Positions 50,901-61,200 of a stretch of DNA of 64,000 bases are shown in pieces; position 1 is the stretch's first letter; the number at the start of each line of letters is the position of its first letter. This DNA is from Candidatus Zhuqueibacterota bacterium. GTDB taxonomy: Bacteria > Zhuqueibacterota > Zhuqueibacteria > Oceanimicrobiales > Oceanimicrobiaceae. The notes below the pieces were generated by a model. The model was not told where the DNA came from. It ran no database searches and worked only from the letters and a program-made list of their open reading frames with translations. Both the position numbers and the translations under genes were made by a program. Location: NCBI GenBank assembly GCA_029262035.1, contig JAJDAE010000247.1, forward strand, positions 12,517 to 76,516. The letters are read 5' to 3'.

Positions 50901-52111
50901 GAAAATATCGCCGGTCAGATTGGCGGCTGTTGGATTACAACCCGGACAGACCTGAAAACGAACGTTACCTGGAAGGTGAAGACGCCCGGCCTTTTATACC
51001 CGGAAGAGCTTATTTTCTGATTACCAAGCAGGTCGATATTATAGTGGACACCGGCCCGGTTACAACTACCAAAACTGTGTGTCCCGATTCCATACGGCTG
51101 TTTGAAGGCTGGAATCTCATCGCCACACCATTTAATTTTTTGGTTTCAAAGCAATCACTTTCGTTGGTAAATTCCAGTTCGCCAATCGTATTGCAAAAGT
51201 ACAATTTTGGTTGGACTGAAGTTGATGCCATAGGGCCATGGCGCGGTTACGCCTTATTTGTAACTGCGGACGCAATCTCTGAGCCGATTTATCTCGTGGT
51301 TCAACCTGAAGCTGTGGAAGATGCTTTAGCGAAGAAAGCTACTAATACTTTAAATGGTGATGAGTGGCAAATTCAAATTTCCGGTAGAGCAGGGCGATTG
51401 CATGATCTTGAAAACTGGGTTGGTGTGCGTTCAAACGCAGCAGAAGGGTTCGATAATTTTGAGCGCGCGGAACCACCGGTGGTAGGTAGTTATCTGAAAA
51501 TCATGATACCGCAAAAAAACTGGCACCAGTCAACCAGTGAATTCAGTTCGGATTTTCGACCGATGTCTGAAGGTGAATTGACCTGGGAATTTGAAGTGCA
51601 AACCAATGTTTCCGGCAGTGTGGAGTTAAGCTTTGATTTTCAAGGTGATGTGCCCGCAACCAGTGAAATCTATTTGATCGATGAAGCCTATAATCTCAGC
51701 CAAAATTTAAGAAATACGCCAATTTACCGTTTTAACGCCAGCTCTGCTGATATCAGCAAGAAACTTAAAATTATCGCAGGCGATCTTGATTACGTGGAAA
51801 CACAAGCCGGTTCAGTGAACTTACTACCGCAAACTTTTGAGCTGATGCAAAACTTCCCGAACCCATTTAATCCGGAAACCAGCATTCGTTTCAATCTGCC
51901 AACCGCGGCTACTGTAAATCTTGAAATATTCGATCTGCTTGGCCGCAAGGTGGCAACGCTCATCGACAACGAACAACGCGCTCCCGGATTTTACATCGGC
52001 GCCTGGAATGGCAGAGATAAAGCGGGACTTGCTGTTGCCTCCGGGGTTTATATCTACCGCCTTCAAGCCTCGGGAAAAACGTTTAGCCGTAAGATGATTT
52101 TGTTGAAATAG
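47969..52111 (+). CDS. 1380-aa secreted protein with N-terminal Ig-like/ASH-like domains, two tandem ~215-aa internal repeats and a T9SS C-terminal sorting domain
   Basis: Signal peptide. The C-terminus is NFPNPFNPETSIRFNLPTAATVNLEIFDLLGRKV...YIYRLQASGKTFSRKMILLK. The repeats are listed separately. Confidence 0.65.
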   Translation: MMRYLKLHFIFIFCLGAVSLANAQTPPKLVDINLVLNNNSNPPTVGLNEDVKIELIFDSAMDPTVTPGIQFGLSESNLLDLNFSNTVWSGQVWQGTFTVTKNLPSTPDGEYIFEIFGARNTIGIEMGTTSSLGIGAQDSTLFICRSGSLELDTSSLSFDTLAFGKDQVLSFTVSNVSCEILRVNSIIVPSPFVLFQSPGQFQLPSGTNISVSIKYEPLSRTKHTGTIIINSDDIYQNAHFLEVTGAAAGPQIRVVPDFPLEFGTLEIGEDSTQSIYVINEKAPQPAFSAPLEVNNILINTDAYKVDTTQFVVQPGDSQEIKITFAPIARGLFNNSLQISNNDLQSQVAVVFLKGRGGDDSIPQKPVNLAIKYGTFERFVNEPEFEVCWENPEDPVGITELWWKFSQERNPPVSATDTTQSGGRFIFGDETCATLQLAGNVTPGLWRIYFWLVDAEQNSGYENYTTRVVYYDPTAPVAPPVIGRSIPGEQWFGSGDDFEITIQIPGDPVTGHKDANQVRWKYKTEPGFSRDFNDRYFFNEGDGAEVTFSVPFNLTSLCGEDNLYIWLADSAGNVDFQATTAVPYRFDICSGFVTDFEVTWPNFSGHTNQNTLPICWTPAPGAEEISEIWWKYTQTPTPPQNNSDTTAIGGRIVLDESVSCVNLPLTGSISSGQWYAYVWAVLANGSRASFADPISVNFIYDLKPPAAPQISSNTIPDTAWIANADTFEITVTLPVEPDKTTSDVSELRWKFKSPPVTDDDYVSRHIFNGGSTLLRTAPIPFDSPEFCGDDLLYIWFADSAGNSSLSNITGVRYRFDICSPEITPVIAKSNQIVLLGEAFSDTVIVGDIAGLDSVWAEYRIGGSSNSSQLLLTEIPGTDRFTFEISPDLLGKRGLEYRILAKDARGNVGSGPLVGNSCSSGDIWISVQTRIEGDGDFRVDSDGLPVPLLAGDEQSFYQLFSVPYEVEQNDILSVFQDDLGKYRRSDWRLLDYNPDRPENERYLEGEDARPFIPGRAYFLITKQVDIIVDTGPVTTTKTVCPDSIRLFEGWNLIATPFNFLVSKQSLSLVNSSSPIVLQKYNFGWTEVDAIGPWRGYALFVTADAISEPIYLVVQPEAVEDALAKKATNTLNGDEWQIQISGRAGRLHDLENWVGVRSNAAEGFDNFERAEPPVVGSYLKIMIPQKNWHQSTSEFSSDFRPMSEGELTWEFEVQTNVSGSVELSFDFQGDVPATSEIYLIDEAYNLSQNLRNTPIYRFNASSADISKKLKIIAGDLDYVETQAGSVNLLPQTFELMQNFPNPFNPETSIRFNLPTAATVNLEIFDLLGRKVATLIDNEQRAPGFYIGAWNGRDKAGLAVASGVYIYRLQASGKTFSRKMILLK
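49100..50425 (+). repeat. intragenic tandem duplication (2 x ~215 codons) inside the 1380-aa T9SS protein
   Basis: Unit 1 runs ...FEVCWENPEDPVGITELWWKFSQ...LYIWLADSAGN...PYRFDIC. Unit 2 runs ...LPICWTPAPGAEEISEIWWKYTQ...LYIWFADSAGN...RYRFDIC. Amino-acid identity is ~35-40 percent by eye, with colinear motifs. Confidence 0.5.
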
Positions 52112-52192
52112 CTCTTATTAGGCAGATTGTAGGTAGGTGAGAAAGTTTCTTCACTTAATTACAGAAGGCTATTCCCTCTCGCTCTGTACGCT

Positions 52193-53305
52193 CTACAAAT
52201 TTTTGCATTCGTAAATCACATATTTTTCATTTTGGGCGATGTCTATGACTTTCTTAAATAACTTACGTAAATGCGTTTTATAGTTCAAATGCTGGTTCGC
52301 AACGACTTGTAGACGTCCACCGTTTTTTAAACAACGCTCGGCTTGCTTAAATAAACTGAGGGCTACTTCAATGTTGTTCTCATATTCAAAATGGAATGGC
52401 GGGTTTGAAACGATGAGATCGAAAGAATTATCCGCAAACTCATCCAATGAATCATTGAAATGGAAGTGTGTTTTTTTATCCGTGAGATTTAGCCTTGAGG
52501 ACTCGACTGCAAGGAAGGAGTCATCCAATAGATGAATGTCGCAGTCCTTTTTTTGTGCCCGCATTGCGACCGCAAGAATCCCATTACCGGAACCCAAGTC
52601 TAAAATTCGTTTGTCTGTATCCTCAAGTTTTATATGGTCCATAAGAAATTGACTGGCGTAATCAATATTTTCAGCAGAAAATACACCGAAGTACTGCTGC
52701 AATAAAATATCTTCTTTCCACTTGAGACTGTTTAGAATGGGTGCCTTTTTGACCGCCGTCTTTTTCTTCAGAATTAGTAACCGCGATTTTTTCCAGGCTT
52801 GCGTTTGCTGGACATCCGCATAAAATTCCTCCGCTATCGCCAACATATTGGAACTAAAATTTCGCGTCATAAAAGAGCAGATGACCGTTGACTTCGCACG
52901 AATGTGCGGATGTAGTTGGTGGAGCTGCAGCCGAAACAGATCCAATGATTTAGGGATTTTGATTACAGCAGTTTGGACAACATGCGGAATTGGCGTTAAC
53001 GATGTGACCATACGGTCTGCACTCGTTTTTAGCTTGTTCGTGTCAAGATTCATCCGACAGGCTTTCTCTTGTGACTTATAATCCAGCACAGTAGTCGGGT
53101 CAAATTTATTAAGCACACAACTTAGCAGGCCAAACCGATCGTTGTACAGCGCCAAGGTATCGGCTTCAATATCAAGTTTCTTTAAATACTTCAGCACATG
53201 TTCGTCCGCAGCGCTCCATGGCCGCAATGATCTGTTTTCACTCTTTGGATAGCGTCGGATGTTAAATTGTTTATTGTCATGGTTGAATGTCATTTTATCC
53301 TTCAA
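52193..53305 (-). CDS. class I SAM-dependent methyltransferase, RsmC/RlmG-like rRNA (guanine-N2)-methyltransferase family
   Basis: SAM motif I ILDLGSGNGILAV, then NPPFH (motif IV), and an N-terminal duplicated MTS-like domain. Length is 370 aa. Confidence 0.6.
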   Translation of the reverse strand: MKDKMTFNHDNKQFNIRRYPKSENRSLRPWSAADEHVLKYLKKLDIEADTLALYNDRFGLLSCVLNKFDPTTVLDYKSQEKACRMNLDTNKLKTSADRMVTSLTPIPHVVQTAVIKIPKSLDLFRLQLHQLHPHIRAKSTVICSFMTRNFSSNMLAIAEEFYADVQQTQAWKKSRLLILKKKTAVKKAPILNSLKWKEDILLQQYFGVFSAENIDYASQFLMDHIKLEDTDKRILDLGSGNGILAVAMRAQKKDCDIHLLDDSFLAVESSRLNLTDKKTHFHFNDSLDEFADNSFDLIVSNPPFHFEYENNIEVALSLFKQAERCLKNGGRLQVVANQHLNYKTHLRKLFKKVIDIAQNEKYVIYECKNL

Positions 53306-53596
53306 CTTTTTTTATATTAAGATAATTCCGGCGAGGCAATGTTCCACATTTTGTATGCATATCCAAAGGGAAGCGGTTGCAAGAACTACATATTATTATA
53401 GAGTCATTCAAGTAAGAAGAAACTTGCAGAAAGTCAATACAATCCCAATAAAAATTGAAAGTTTCTTGTTTCAAGGATTCCTATTTTTAGAGTTTTAAAA
53501 ATAAGGCCATTTTAGTGCCCAAGATTCTTATTATAAGCTTGAATTTCTTCGAGCTTTTTCTTTTATTTGTATTCTTGAAATTGAGGGAATTTAAAC

Positions 53597-55198
53597 TTGT
53601 CTGATAAAATTAGAATAGCACATGTTGGCGGCGGATATTGGGGTAAAAATATTATCCGTAATTTGCACGCTTTGGGCTTTTTAGAGTTAATTTGTGATGT
53701 TGACCAATCATCACTGGATAACTATAAGAAGCAATATCCCGGTGTTTTATGTGTAACGGATTTCAATGAAATCCTAAAAAATAAAAAGATTGATGCAATT
53801 TCGATTGCCACTCCTGCTGCAACACACTTCACTTTGGTTCGTGAAGCTTTAAATGCCGGCAAGCACGTATTTGTTGAGAAACCGCTTGCTTTACGACCTA
53901 AGGAAGGAAAAGAATTAGCTGAGCTTGCTAAACAAAAAAAGTTGATTTTGATGGTAGGCCATATTCTTCGCTACCATCCGGCTATTGATAAAATTAAAGA
54001 GCTAATCGTCTCAGATGCACTTGGCCGCATTGGGTACTGTTATTCAAATAGGTTAAATCTCGGGAAAATTCGCTCTGAAGAAAATATCCTGTGGAGTTTC
54101 GCACCGCATGACATTTCAATTTTAATCTATCTTATGGGTGGCCCTCCGGACGAAGTTTCAGCCAGCGGCGAGATAATATTGCAGCCTGGAATCCATGATG
54201 TAACCTTGACTGTCATGAAATGGAAAAGCGGGGTTAGTGCCCATATTAATGTGAGTTGGCTACATCCCTACAAGGAGCAAAAACTTGTTATAGTGGGCGA
54301 TAAAGCGATGCTTGTTTTTGATGATACCAAAGAAAATGAAAAGTTGATGCTTTATAAGCGTGGCATTGATTTCGTGAAAGGCCATCCGGTCAAGCGTGAG
54401 GATGACGTGCAAATTGTGGATTATGAAAATAAAGAACCTCTTAAAGCGGAGATGGAGCATTTTATAGAATGCATTAAAACCGGAGCTGAACCAAAGACAG
54501 GAGCTATTGAAGCTCTGGCTGTACTCAACGTACTGCACAAAGCGCAATTGTGCTTGACTCAATCCGATAGTCATGCAGAGGCTCAATATTCCGACCAAGA
54601 TTATTTTGCACATGAGACCGCTGTAATTGATGACGGCGCGCAAATAGGCGAGGATACAAAAATCTGGCATTTCACCCATGTTATGCCAAAGGCGCAAATT
54701 GGCAAGAAATGCAGTCTTGGGCAAAACGTCTCAGTAGCCAATAATGTCGTGATTGGCGATAATGTCAAAATTCAAAATAATGTCTCGCTTTATGAAGGCG
54801 TGATTCTGGAAGATAGAGTTTTTTGCGGCCCCTCAATGGTTTTTACAAATGTCAAGAATCCACGTTCCGGGATTCCAAGAAATACTTCTGAGGATTATTT
54901 GAAAACACATGTCAGGAAAGGGGCGAGCTTGGGTGCCAATTGCACTATTGTTTGTGGCATCACAATTGGTGAAAACGCTTTTGTCGCCGCCGGCGCAGTT
55001 GTAACTAAAAATGTCCCGCCAAATGCTTTGATGGCAGGTGTTCCGGCAAAACAAATCGGGTGGATGTGTGAAAGCGGCTACAGAATAAAATCAGGTTCGA
55101 ATAAAAATAAATGTTTGGAATGTGAAAAGAGCTTTGACTTAGAAGAGCTTGACCGCGTTGGGGGAATTGGATGTCCGAAGTTAGAAAAAAAGTCTTAG
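53597..55198 (+). CDS. fused Gfo/Idh/MocA-family NAD(P)-dependent sugar oxidoreductase (WbpB-like) and left-handed-beta-helix hexapeptide N-acetyltransferase (WbpD-like)
   Basis: The N-terminus is [19 protein letters not shown] (Rossmann), then ...EKPLAL and a Gfo/Idh/MocA C-terminal domain to about residue 330. A continuous frame then gives hexapeptide repeats: [45 protein letters not shown] ...[28 protein letters not shown]. Confidence 0.7.
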   Translation: MSDKIRIAHVGGGYWGKNIIRNLHALGFLELICDVDQSSLDNYKKQYPGVLCVTDFNEILKNKKIDAISIATPAATHFTLVREALNAGKHVFVEKPLALRPKEGKELAELAKQKKLILMVGHILRYHPAIDKIKELIVSDALGRIGYCYSNRLNLGKIRSEENILWSFAPHDISILIYLMGGPPDEVSASGEIILQPGIHDVTLTVMKWKSGVSAHINVSWLHPYKEQKLVIVGDKAMLVFDDTKENEKLMLYKRGIDFVKGHPVKREDDVQIVDYENKEPLKAEMEHFIECIKTGAEPKTGAIEALAVLNVLHKAQLCLTQSDSHAEAQYSDQDYFAHETAVIDDGAQIGEDTKIWHFTHVMPKAQIGKKCSLGQNVSVANNVVIGDNVKIQNNVSLYEGVILEDRVFCGPSMVFTNVKNPRSGIPRNTSEDYLKTHVRKGASLGANCTIVCGITIGENAFVAAGAVVTKNVPPNALMAGVPAKQIGWMCESGYRIKSGSNKNKCLECEKSFDLEELDRVGGIGCPKLEKKS

Positions 55199-56508
55199 TT
55201 ATTACTTATTATTTCCCTCCTGCTGGAGGTGCAGCGGTTCAGCGTACGCTTAAATTCATAAATTTCCTGCCTTTTCACGATTGGGAGCCAGTGGTTCTGA
55301 CCGTAAGCAACCCCGATTACCTGATAGTTGACAAACAGTTGCTGCAGAAAGTCCCGCGTTGGCTTAAGGTATATACCAGCTATATTTTTGAACCACATCG
55401 CCTGTATATGAAATTCACCAATAAAGAGGCGGGGCAAGCAATAGACTTGTCTGTTGATGAAAATGTAGAAACTGGTTCACTTTCTTTCAAAGAACGTATT
55501 TCCGATTTTATACGTTCGTGGTTTTTTATACCCGACGCCAGAGTTTTTTGGACACCTTTTGCAATATGGCGGGGGCTGCAAGTCATTAAAAAGGAAAATA
55601 TTGATTTAATCTATTCTTCGGCGCCGCCCAACACGGTTCATTTAATCGCGTCGGCATTAAAATTTTTTACGGGGAAACAATGGGTGGCGGATTTCAGGGA
55701 TCCATGGACTAAATATCTCGCCCCACAGCGCAGTCATTTCATTCCTCAGAAACTTGATGAATTTCTGGGGAAGCGAATCATCAATCATGCGGACAGAGTT
55801 GTAAGTGTTGGCAAAGGTGTAAAAGGGGAGTTGGAAAAAACCGCCAGGCAAAAGCCTTTGGAAAAGATAGCTGTTATAACCAATGGATTTAGTGAAGAGG
55901 ATTATAGTGAATTAAAAATAGAAATGACGAAAAAGTTTTCCATCTGCTATATGGGATCTCTGTATGCAAAATATGATTTCAATCCTTTTATCACTGCGGT
56001 TGAAAATGTTTTTGCCAGCAGCGATAATTTTAAAAATGATTTCAGACTGGTTTTTTGCGGCCGGTTAGATGCCGCTTCAAAAAAGAGATTTGAAGCAACC
56101 GGATTTTGTAGCAACATTAGTTTTCTTGGTAACAAGTCTCAAAAAGAGGCGCTGGAAACCATGTGTGGTTCAACTTTGCTTTTACTTTACATTATTGACT
56201 CTGTTGAAGGCAAGGGCATACCCACTAGCAAACTTTACGAATATATTGGCTCCCGGCGACCAATTCTTGCCCTTGCACCTGAGGATAGTGAGGCTGCCGC
56301 AATAATTCAGGAAACAGAAACAGGTCTAATAATACCTCCTGACCAAATTAAGGTTATTGAGAATTCTATCTCGAAACTTTATCAGAATTGGAAAAAGGGA
56401 AGTTTAGATGATATGGTGAAAATGAAACCGGAAAGAAATAAATACGAAATTAAAAGTTTGACTAAAGCACTTGTGAAAGTATTCGACGATGCGACTTCTC
56501 TGGCTTAA
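55171..56508 (+). CDS. glycosyltransferase, GT4-like (GT-B fold)
   Basis: N-terminus [30 protein letters not shown]-terminal GT-B half is present. It overlaps the fusion gene by 28 nt. Confidence 0.55.
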   Translation: MSEVRKKVLVITYYFPPAGGAAVQRTLKFINFLPFHDWEPVVLTVSNPDYLIVDKQLLQKVPRWLKVYTSYIFEPHRLYMKFTNKEAGQAIDLSVDENVETGSLSFKERISDFIRSWFFIPDARVFWTPFAIWRGLQVIKKENIDLIYSSAPPNTVHLIASALKFFTGKQWVADFRDPWTKYLAPQRSHFIPQKLDEFLGKRIINHADRVVSVGKGVKGELEKTARQKPLEKIAVITNGFSEEDYSELKIEMTKKFSICYMGSLYAKYDFNPFITAVENVFASSDNFKNDFRLVFCGRLDAASKKRFEATGFCSNISFLGNKSQKEALETMCGSTLLLLYIIDSVEGKGIPTSKLYEYIGSRRPILALAPEDSEAAAIIQETETGLIIPPDQIKVIENSISKLYQNWKKGSLDDMVKMKPERNKYEIKSLTKALVKVFDDATSLA

Positions 56509-56527
56509 CCGAACAACGTGATATATT

Positions 56528-58285
56528 TTGATAGCAGCTTACTTAAACCCGGCAACGCCATTTTATAAAGAGTCCGAATATGTTATTCGGATTCTTTTTG
56601 AAATAATAGGAGTGGATTTCGAGTTGGTGAATCGCCTTGATTCACTTAAAGTCGGGAGGCACAAGATTATAGTTAGTTATGGCGAGCCGTTAAGTAAGTC
56701 TTCATTGCCCAAAGGATGTTTTCAAATAAACATCGCGCAATTCGATTATGAGGCATTCTTGAGAAAAAATGAAGAGCCATCTCCCCAATTTCTTATTAAT
56801 GACAATTCAAATCAAAGCATCCCATATTTATTTTCGAATGCTTACCTTTCCCTTAATGAGGAATTATGGAAGGATGAGGAAACAGGGCATGTATTAATCT
56901 CATCAAAAAAAAATCACATCAGTTGTGATGTTGATTTGATTAGTACAGCATTTTATTTGCTCACTTTGGAAAATGAAACTATTATAAATAAACGGGATAG
57001 TCATAACAGGTTTTTAAGAAAGTTTGCAAGTAATTCTGAACCAATTTACAATTTTGGCGCCGTTGACTCCTATTGTTTTTTGCTGACCTCTTTTCTGAGG
57101 AAAGCAGCACATGCTCAAAATATTCCGTTAATACATAAAGCCTTATGGCCGGAAAATTATCAGTTTGCACTTTGCCTGACTCACGACATCGATCGCTTGA
57201 ATACCTGGACGTTTACCAAAGTTAAATCTTACATCATTTCTCTTTTTCAGCGTGGGCTGGTCAATCCCTTACTTTTGATTTACAGATTGTTAAAGTTAGT
57301 TTTTTCCTTGTTCAATTGGGAAAGCTGGCTTGGTAATTTTGAGATGATTTTGAAAATTGAAAAGAGATATGGCTTTAACTCCTCTTTTTATTTTGTCGCC
57401 GGCAAACATCATGAGCTCGATCCGGTCTATGATTTGAATTCCCGTACAATGCAAAATCGCTTCAAATACCTGAAGGAGCATGAAACAGAAATCGGTTTGC
57501 ATGGTAGCTTTCAGTCTTCAGAGGAATATGGATACCTTAAAACAGAAAAACAGGTGTTGACTGAGCTCACAAATCAGGAGCCCGTTGGTGGTCGTCAACA
57601 TTTTTTGCGATTCACGAAACCACAAACTTTGCTTAATATTGAAGAGGCCGGACTCGCCTATGATTCAACTCTGGGATTCAGCGATGCATTTGGTTTTAGA
57701 TGCGGTATTTCATTTCCGTTCAGACCTTACAATACTGAGACTGAAAAGCCTTATAGCTTTTACGAATTCCCGCTCCATATAATGGAGTCTGCTATCCAAA
57801 AAAATGCGAATTATCGCTTTCTGCATAAAAACAATATTGAACCCATTTGGAAAGAAGTTCAGGTTTTGCTGCGGCAAATTAAAAGTTTTGATGGTTGCGT
57901 TAATGTACTTTGGCATAACTCTGATTTCGATCGGTTTGATATAAGCTGGTATGCTAAATTCTATGAAAACATCCTGCACTGGGTCTACGCAAATAATGGT
58001 TGGGGCTGTTCAGGTCGTGAACTTTTAAGCTGGTGGAAGAAAAGAGCGGAAAGTAAAATTAACACAGTTTTAGTAAATGGTCATGAATTTCAAATAAATT
58101 TGCAGCAAATAGAATTCGATGATTTTTCAATTATTATCGACCCACCAAAAGATTGGCCAAACTGCAATATTGAATATGAAGAATGTACTGGTCAGTTTGA
58201 AGTCAGGGATGGAAAAGTTTATGTAACTTTAAAAGATATCGTCGCGGGAAAGGCTAAAATACGGTTGGCAATTGAAAAGAACTAA
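56528..58285 (+). CDS. polysaccharide deacetylase-like (NodB-homology/CE4-related) protein
   Basis: LCLTHDIDRLNTW and later HGSFQS motifs resemble DUF/CE4-type deacetylases. 585 aa. TTG start. Confidence 0.4.
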   Translation: MIAAYLNPATPFYKESEYVIRILFEIIGVDFELVNRLDSLKVGRHKIIVSYGEPLSKSSLPKGCFQINIAQFDYEAFLRKNEEPSPQFLINDNSNQSIPYLFSNAYLSLNEELWKDEETGHVLISSKKNHISCDVDLISTAFYLLTLENETIINKRDSHNRFLRKFASNSEPIYNFGAVDSYCFLLTSFLRKAAHAQNIPLIHKALWPENYQFALCLTHDIDRLNTWTFTKVKSYIISLFQRGLVNPLLLIYRLLKLVFSLFNWESWLGNFEMILKIEKRYGFNSSFYFVAGKHHELDPVYDLNSRTMQNRFKYLKEHETEIGLHGSFQSSEEYGYLKTEKQVLTELTNQEPVGGRQHFLRFTKPQTLLNIEEAGLAYDSTLGFSDAFGFRCGISFPFRPYNTETEKPYSFYEFPLHIMESAIQKNANYRFLHKNNIEPIWKEVQVLLRQIKSFDGCVNVLWHNSDFDRFDISWYAKFYENILHWVYANNGWGCSGRELLSWWKKRAESKINTVLVNGHEFQINLQQIEFDDFSIIIDPPKDWPNCNIEYEECTGQFEVRDGKVYVTLKDIVAGKAKIRLAIEKN

Positions 58286-58544
58286 ATCATAAATAGAATT
58301 CTTAAATAAATTTGGCGTTTGTTAAGGAGTAAAAGGACAAGGTATCTATAGATAAAAATAAATGAACCCCAAAAGTTACTCAATTTGTCTTTTTGGTAGG
58401 TATATAGGTTTAGTTAAAAATAAAAAATAATTTTAAATGTTTGTCTTCCAAATTCATTTACACCAGCATAAAGCAAAGAGTAGTGCTGTTCCGTGGTTCA
58501 CTTAAATGTAGTTTAAGTTTCAATTTTTAACCAGAGGCTCCCAA

Positions 58545-61061
58545 ATGAAACTATTTAAGATATCTTTAAATGCATCGCAGTTTTTATTTACATCTGTTCT
58601 AATCGGAATTTCAGTTTTCGGATATGCCAATTTTTGTGAAGCACAGTCTGCTAATATTTACACCAAAGTCACCGCGGGTGACATTGTAAACGATGGCGCT
58701 GACTCAAGAGGCGTTAGTTGGGGCGATTATGACAATGATAAGGATTTAGACCTTTTTATCTCAAATAATAAGCAGAAGAACCACCTTTATCAAAATAATG
58801 GTAATGGCACATTTACGAAAATTACTTCTGGCGATATTGTTAATGACATTGGTTGGGCACAAGGCTCAAGCTGGGGAGATTATGATAACGATGGGAACTT
58901 AGATCTATTTGTCGCTAATGCCGGGAATGTAAATAACTTTTTATATAAAAATGATGGTGACGGTACGTTTACTAGAAATTTAACAGTGCCCTTTGTCACT
59001 GACGGAGGTGATTCCTATGGGGGGCTCTGGGGAGATTACGACAACGATGGCGATTTAGACATTTATATCAATAACTATAATAACCAAAATAATCGCTATT
59101 ATGAAAATAATGGAGATGGCACATTTACCCAAGTTACTTCCGGCAGTTTTGTAAATGACGGTGGCCAGACCTTTACCAGCAATATAGCCGATTACGATAA
59201 TGACGGCGATTTAGATATTTTTGTTGTCAATAACTTTGGTCAAAACAATGCTTTGTACCAGAATAACGGGGATGCAACATTTAATAAAATCACAACAGGC
59301 GATGTAGTTGGTGATGGCGGTTATTCCATAGGAGCGAGTTGGGGAGATTATGATAATGATGGATACCTGGATTTGTTCGTCACCAATTCTAACAATGGAA
59401 CTGGCAATGAAAACAATGTCCTCTACCACAACAATGGAGATGGTTCCTTTTCTAAAATAACCGAAGGAGATATTGTGAACGATGCCAGTGATTCTAAAAA
59501 TGGCATCTGGGGAGATGTAAATAACGACGGTTACCTCGATTTGTTTGTCACTAATTTTGGCACCAATTTGCTATATCTTAACAATGGGAATATGACATTT
59601 ACCAAGGTAACCGATGGCGATATTGTCAGTGATAGTGGTGAATTCTTAACGGGTTCTTTTGCAGATTATGACAATGATGGGTCCTTGGATTTGTTTGTCG
59701 CCAATCGCAGTAATTTGAATAATCTACTATATAACAATATTGGCAATGATAATAACTGGATTAATGTAGAATGTATTGGCACCGTATCCAATAACTCGGC
59801 AATTGGGGCAAAAATAAAGGTGAGAACTACCATCGATGGTTCTCCTGTGCGTCAAGTACGAATGATAGCTGAACATTCACATCGTAGCCAAAATAGTTTT
59901 AATGCGGAATTTGGACTGGGTGATGCTGCAACTATAGATTCTCTTATTGTCGAGTGGCCATCGGGATTAAGTCAAACTCTAACCAATGTACAAGTAAATC
60001 AGTTTCTCGAAATTATAGAACCGCAAAGCTGTGAACCAACGATCTGTTCGGGAGCTGCCGTATACCCTAGTAATGGAAATGGGGAATTAGGGGAAACAAT
60101 AACCGGCGCACCAGGAACCCAAATTCAAATAGCAATTAATATGAAAGAAAACCCCAATAAGGTGGATGCATTTAATTTTCGAGTTAATTTTGATGATACC
60201 CAACTAGAGTTTCTTTCGGGCGATAAAGGAGGTTTAACCAGCGCTTTTCCTTTTTTATCCGCTCAATTGAATGCTGGAGACTCCCAGCAAATTATTTGTG
60301 GTGGTTTGCACACAACCCCAATTCCGGAAAATTCTACAGGGTCGTTGATTGTTTTAAACTTCAAAATTATAGCACAAGAAGATATGCTAAGTAATATAGA
60401 GATCTCGAATTTACTCAATGATTTGTCTGGTTTTTCAGCTTGTTGTGTTAAATTTCAATCGAATAGTTCTCTTCCTGTGGAGCTGGTAAGCTTTTTAGCC
60501 AGGGTTTCTGACAGGCAGGTTTCGTTGAGTTGGGTAACGGTCAGTGAAACTAATAATTTTGGTTTTGATGTTGAGAAGAGCATTGATGGAGAGGTTTTTG
60601 ATAAAATAGCATTTGTGCCTGGTAGTGGAACAACTGTACAACCTCAACAATACTTCTTTATTGATAACAAATCTCTTAACAGCCGCGTATTTTACCGACT
60701 GAAACAAGTAGATACAGATGGCTCGTTTGAATATTCAAAAATACTGGAAGTCAATGTCAACTTACCTCAATCTAATACTTTGGCTCAAAATTATCCCAAT
60801 CCGTTTAATCCAACTACCAATATTTACTACGAGCTGTCAGAGCCAATGGATGTTAAGCTGGAAATTTTCAATCTTCGTGGGCAAAGCGTGGTTACACTGG
60901 TTGATGCGTTTCAGCACGGAGGCTATTATGACATGACATGGAATGGGCTAGATCAAGCTAAAAATCAGGTTGGAGCCGGTATTTATTTTATGCGGCTGAG
61001 CACAAGGAGCCTGAAAGGGGAAAGCAAATACTTTTCAAGAACAATGGTTTTGATTGAGTAA
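58545..61061 (+). CDS. CRTAC1-family protein (FG-GAP/VCBS beta-propeller plus ASPIC/UnbV domain) with a T9SS C-terminal sorting domain
   Basis: Repeats SWGDYDNDGxLDLFV occur eight times. The ASPIC/UnbV region is IGAKIKVRTTIDGSPVRQVRMIAEHSHRSQNSFNAEFGLGDAATIDSLIVEWPSG. The C-terminus is NYPNPFNPTTNIYYELSEPMDVKLEIFNLRGQSV... Confidence 0.7.
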   Translation: MKLFKISLNASQFLFTSVLIGISVFGYANFCEAQSANIYTKVTAGDIVNDGADSRGVSWGDYDNDKDLDLFISNNKQKNHLYQNNGNGTFTKITSGDIVNDIGWAQGSSWGDYDNDGNLDLFVANAGNVNNFLYKNDGDGTFTRNLTVPFVTDGGDSYGGLWGDYDNDGDLDIYINNYNNQNNRYYENNGDGTFTQVTSGSFVNDGGQTFTSNIADYDNDGDLDIFVVNNFGQNNALYQNNGDATFNKITTGDVVGDGGYSIGASWGDYDNDGYLDLFVTNSNNGTGNENNVLYHNNGDGSFSKITEGDIVNDASDSKNGIWGDVNNDGYLDLFVTNFGTNLLYLNNGNMTFTKVTDGDIVSDSGEFLTGSFADYDNDGSLDLFVANRSNLNNLLYNNIGNDNNWINVECIGTVSNNSAIGAKIKVRTTIDGSPVRQVRMIAEHSHRSQNSFNAEFGLGDAATIDSLIVEWPSGLSQTLTNVQVNQFLEIIEPQSCEPTICSGAAVYPSNGNGELGETITGAPGTQIQIAINMKENPNKVDAFNFRVNFDDTQLEFLSGDKGGLTSAFPFLSAQLNAGDSQQIICGGLHTTPIPENSTGSLIVLNFKIIAQEDMLSNIEISNLLNDLSGFSACCVKFQSNSSLPVELVSFLARVSDRQVSLSWVTVSETNNFGFDVEKSIDGEVFDKIAFVPGSGTTVQPQQYFFIDNKSLNSRVFYRLKQVDTDGSFEYSKILEVNVNLPQSNTLAQNYPNPFNPTTNIYYELSEPMDVKLEIFNLRGQSVVTLVDAFQHGGYYDMTWNGLDQAKNQVGAGIYFMRLSTRSLKGESKYFSRTMVLIE

Positions 61062-61200
61062 TTGAATACAAATAACCATAGCTTCAAAAACGTGAGTTGA
61101 TTTTTTAGAAAGGAATAGGAAGTGACACAGCGAAAAAATTGTTTCGTGAGAAAGAAAAGCTCTTTTAGTTGAATGGGGTTCTAATCTTTAAAATCGTCTA

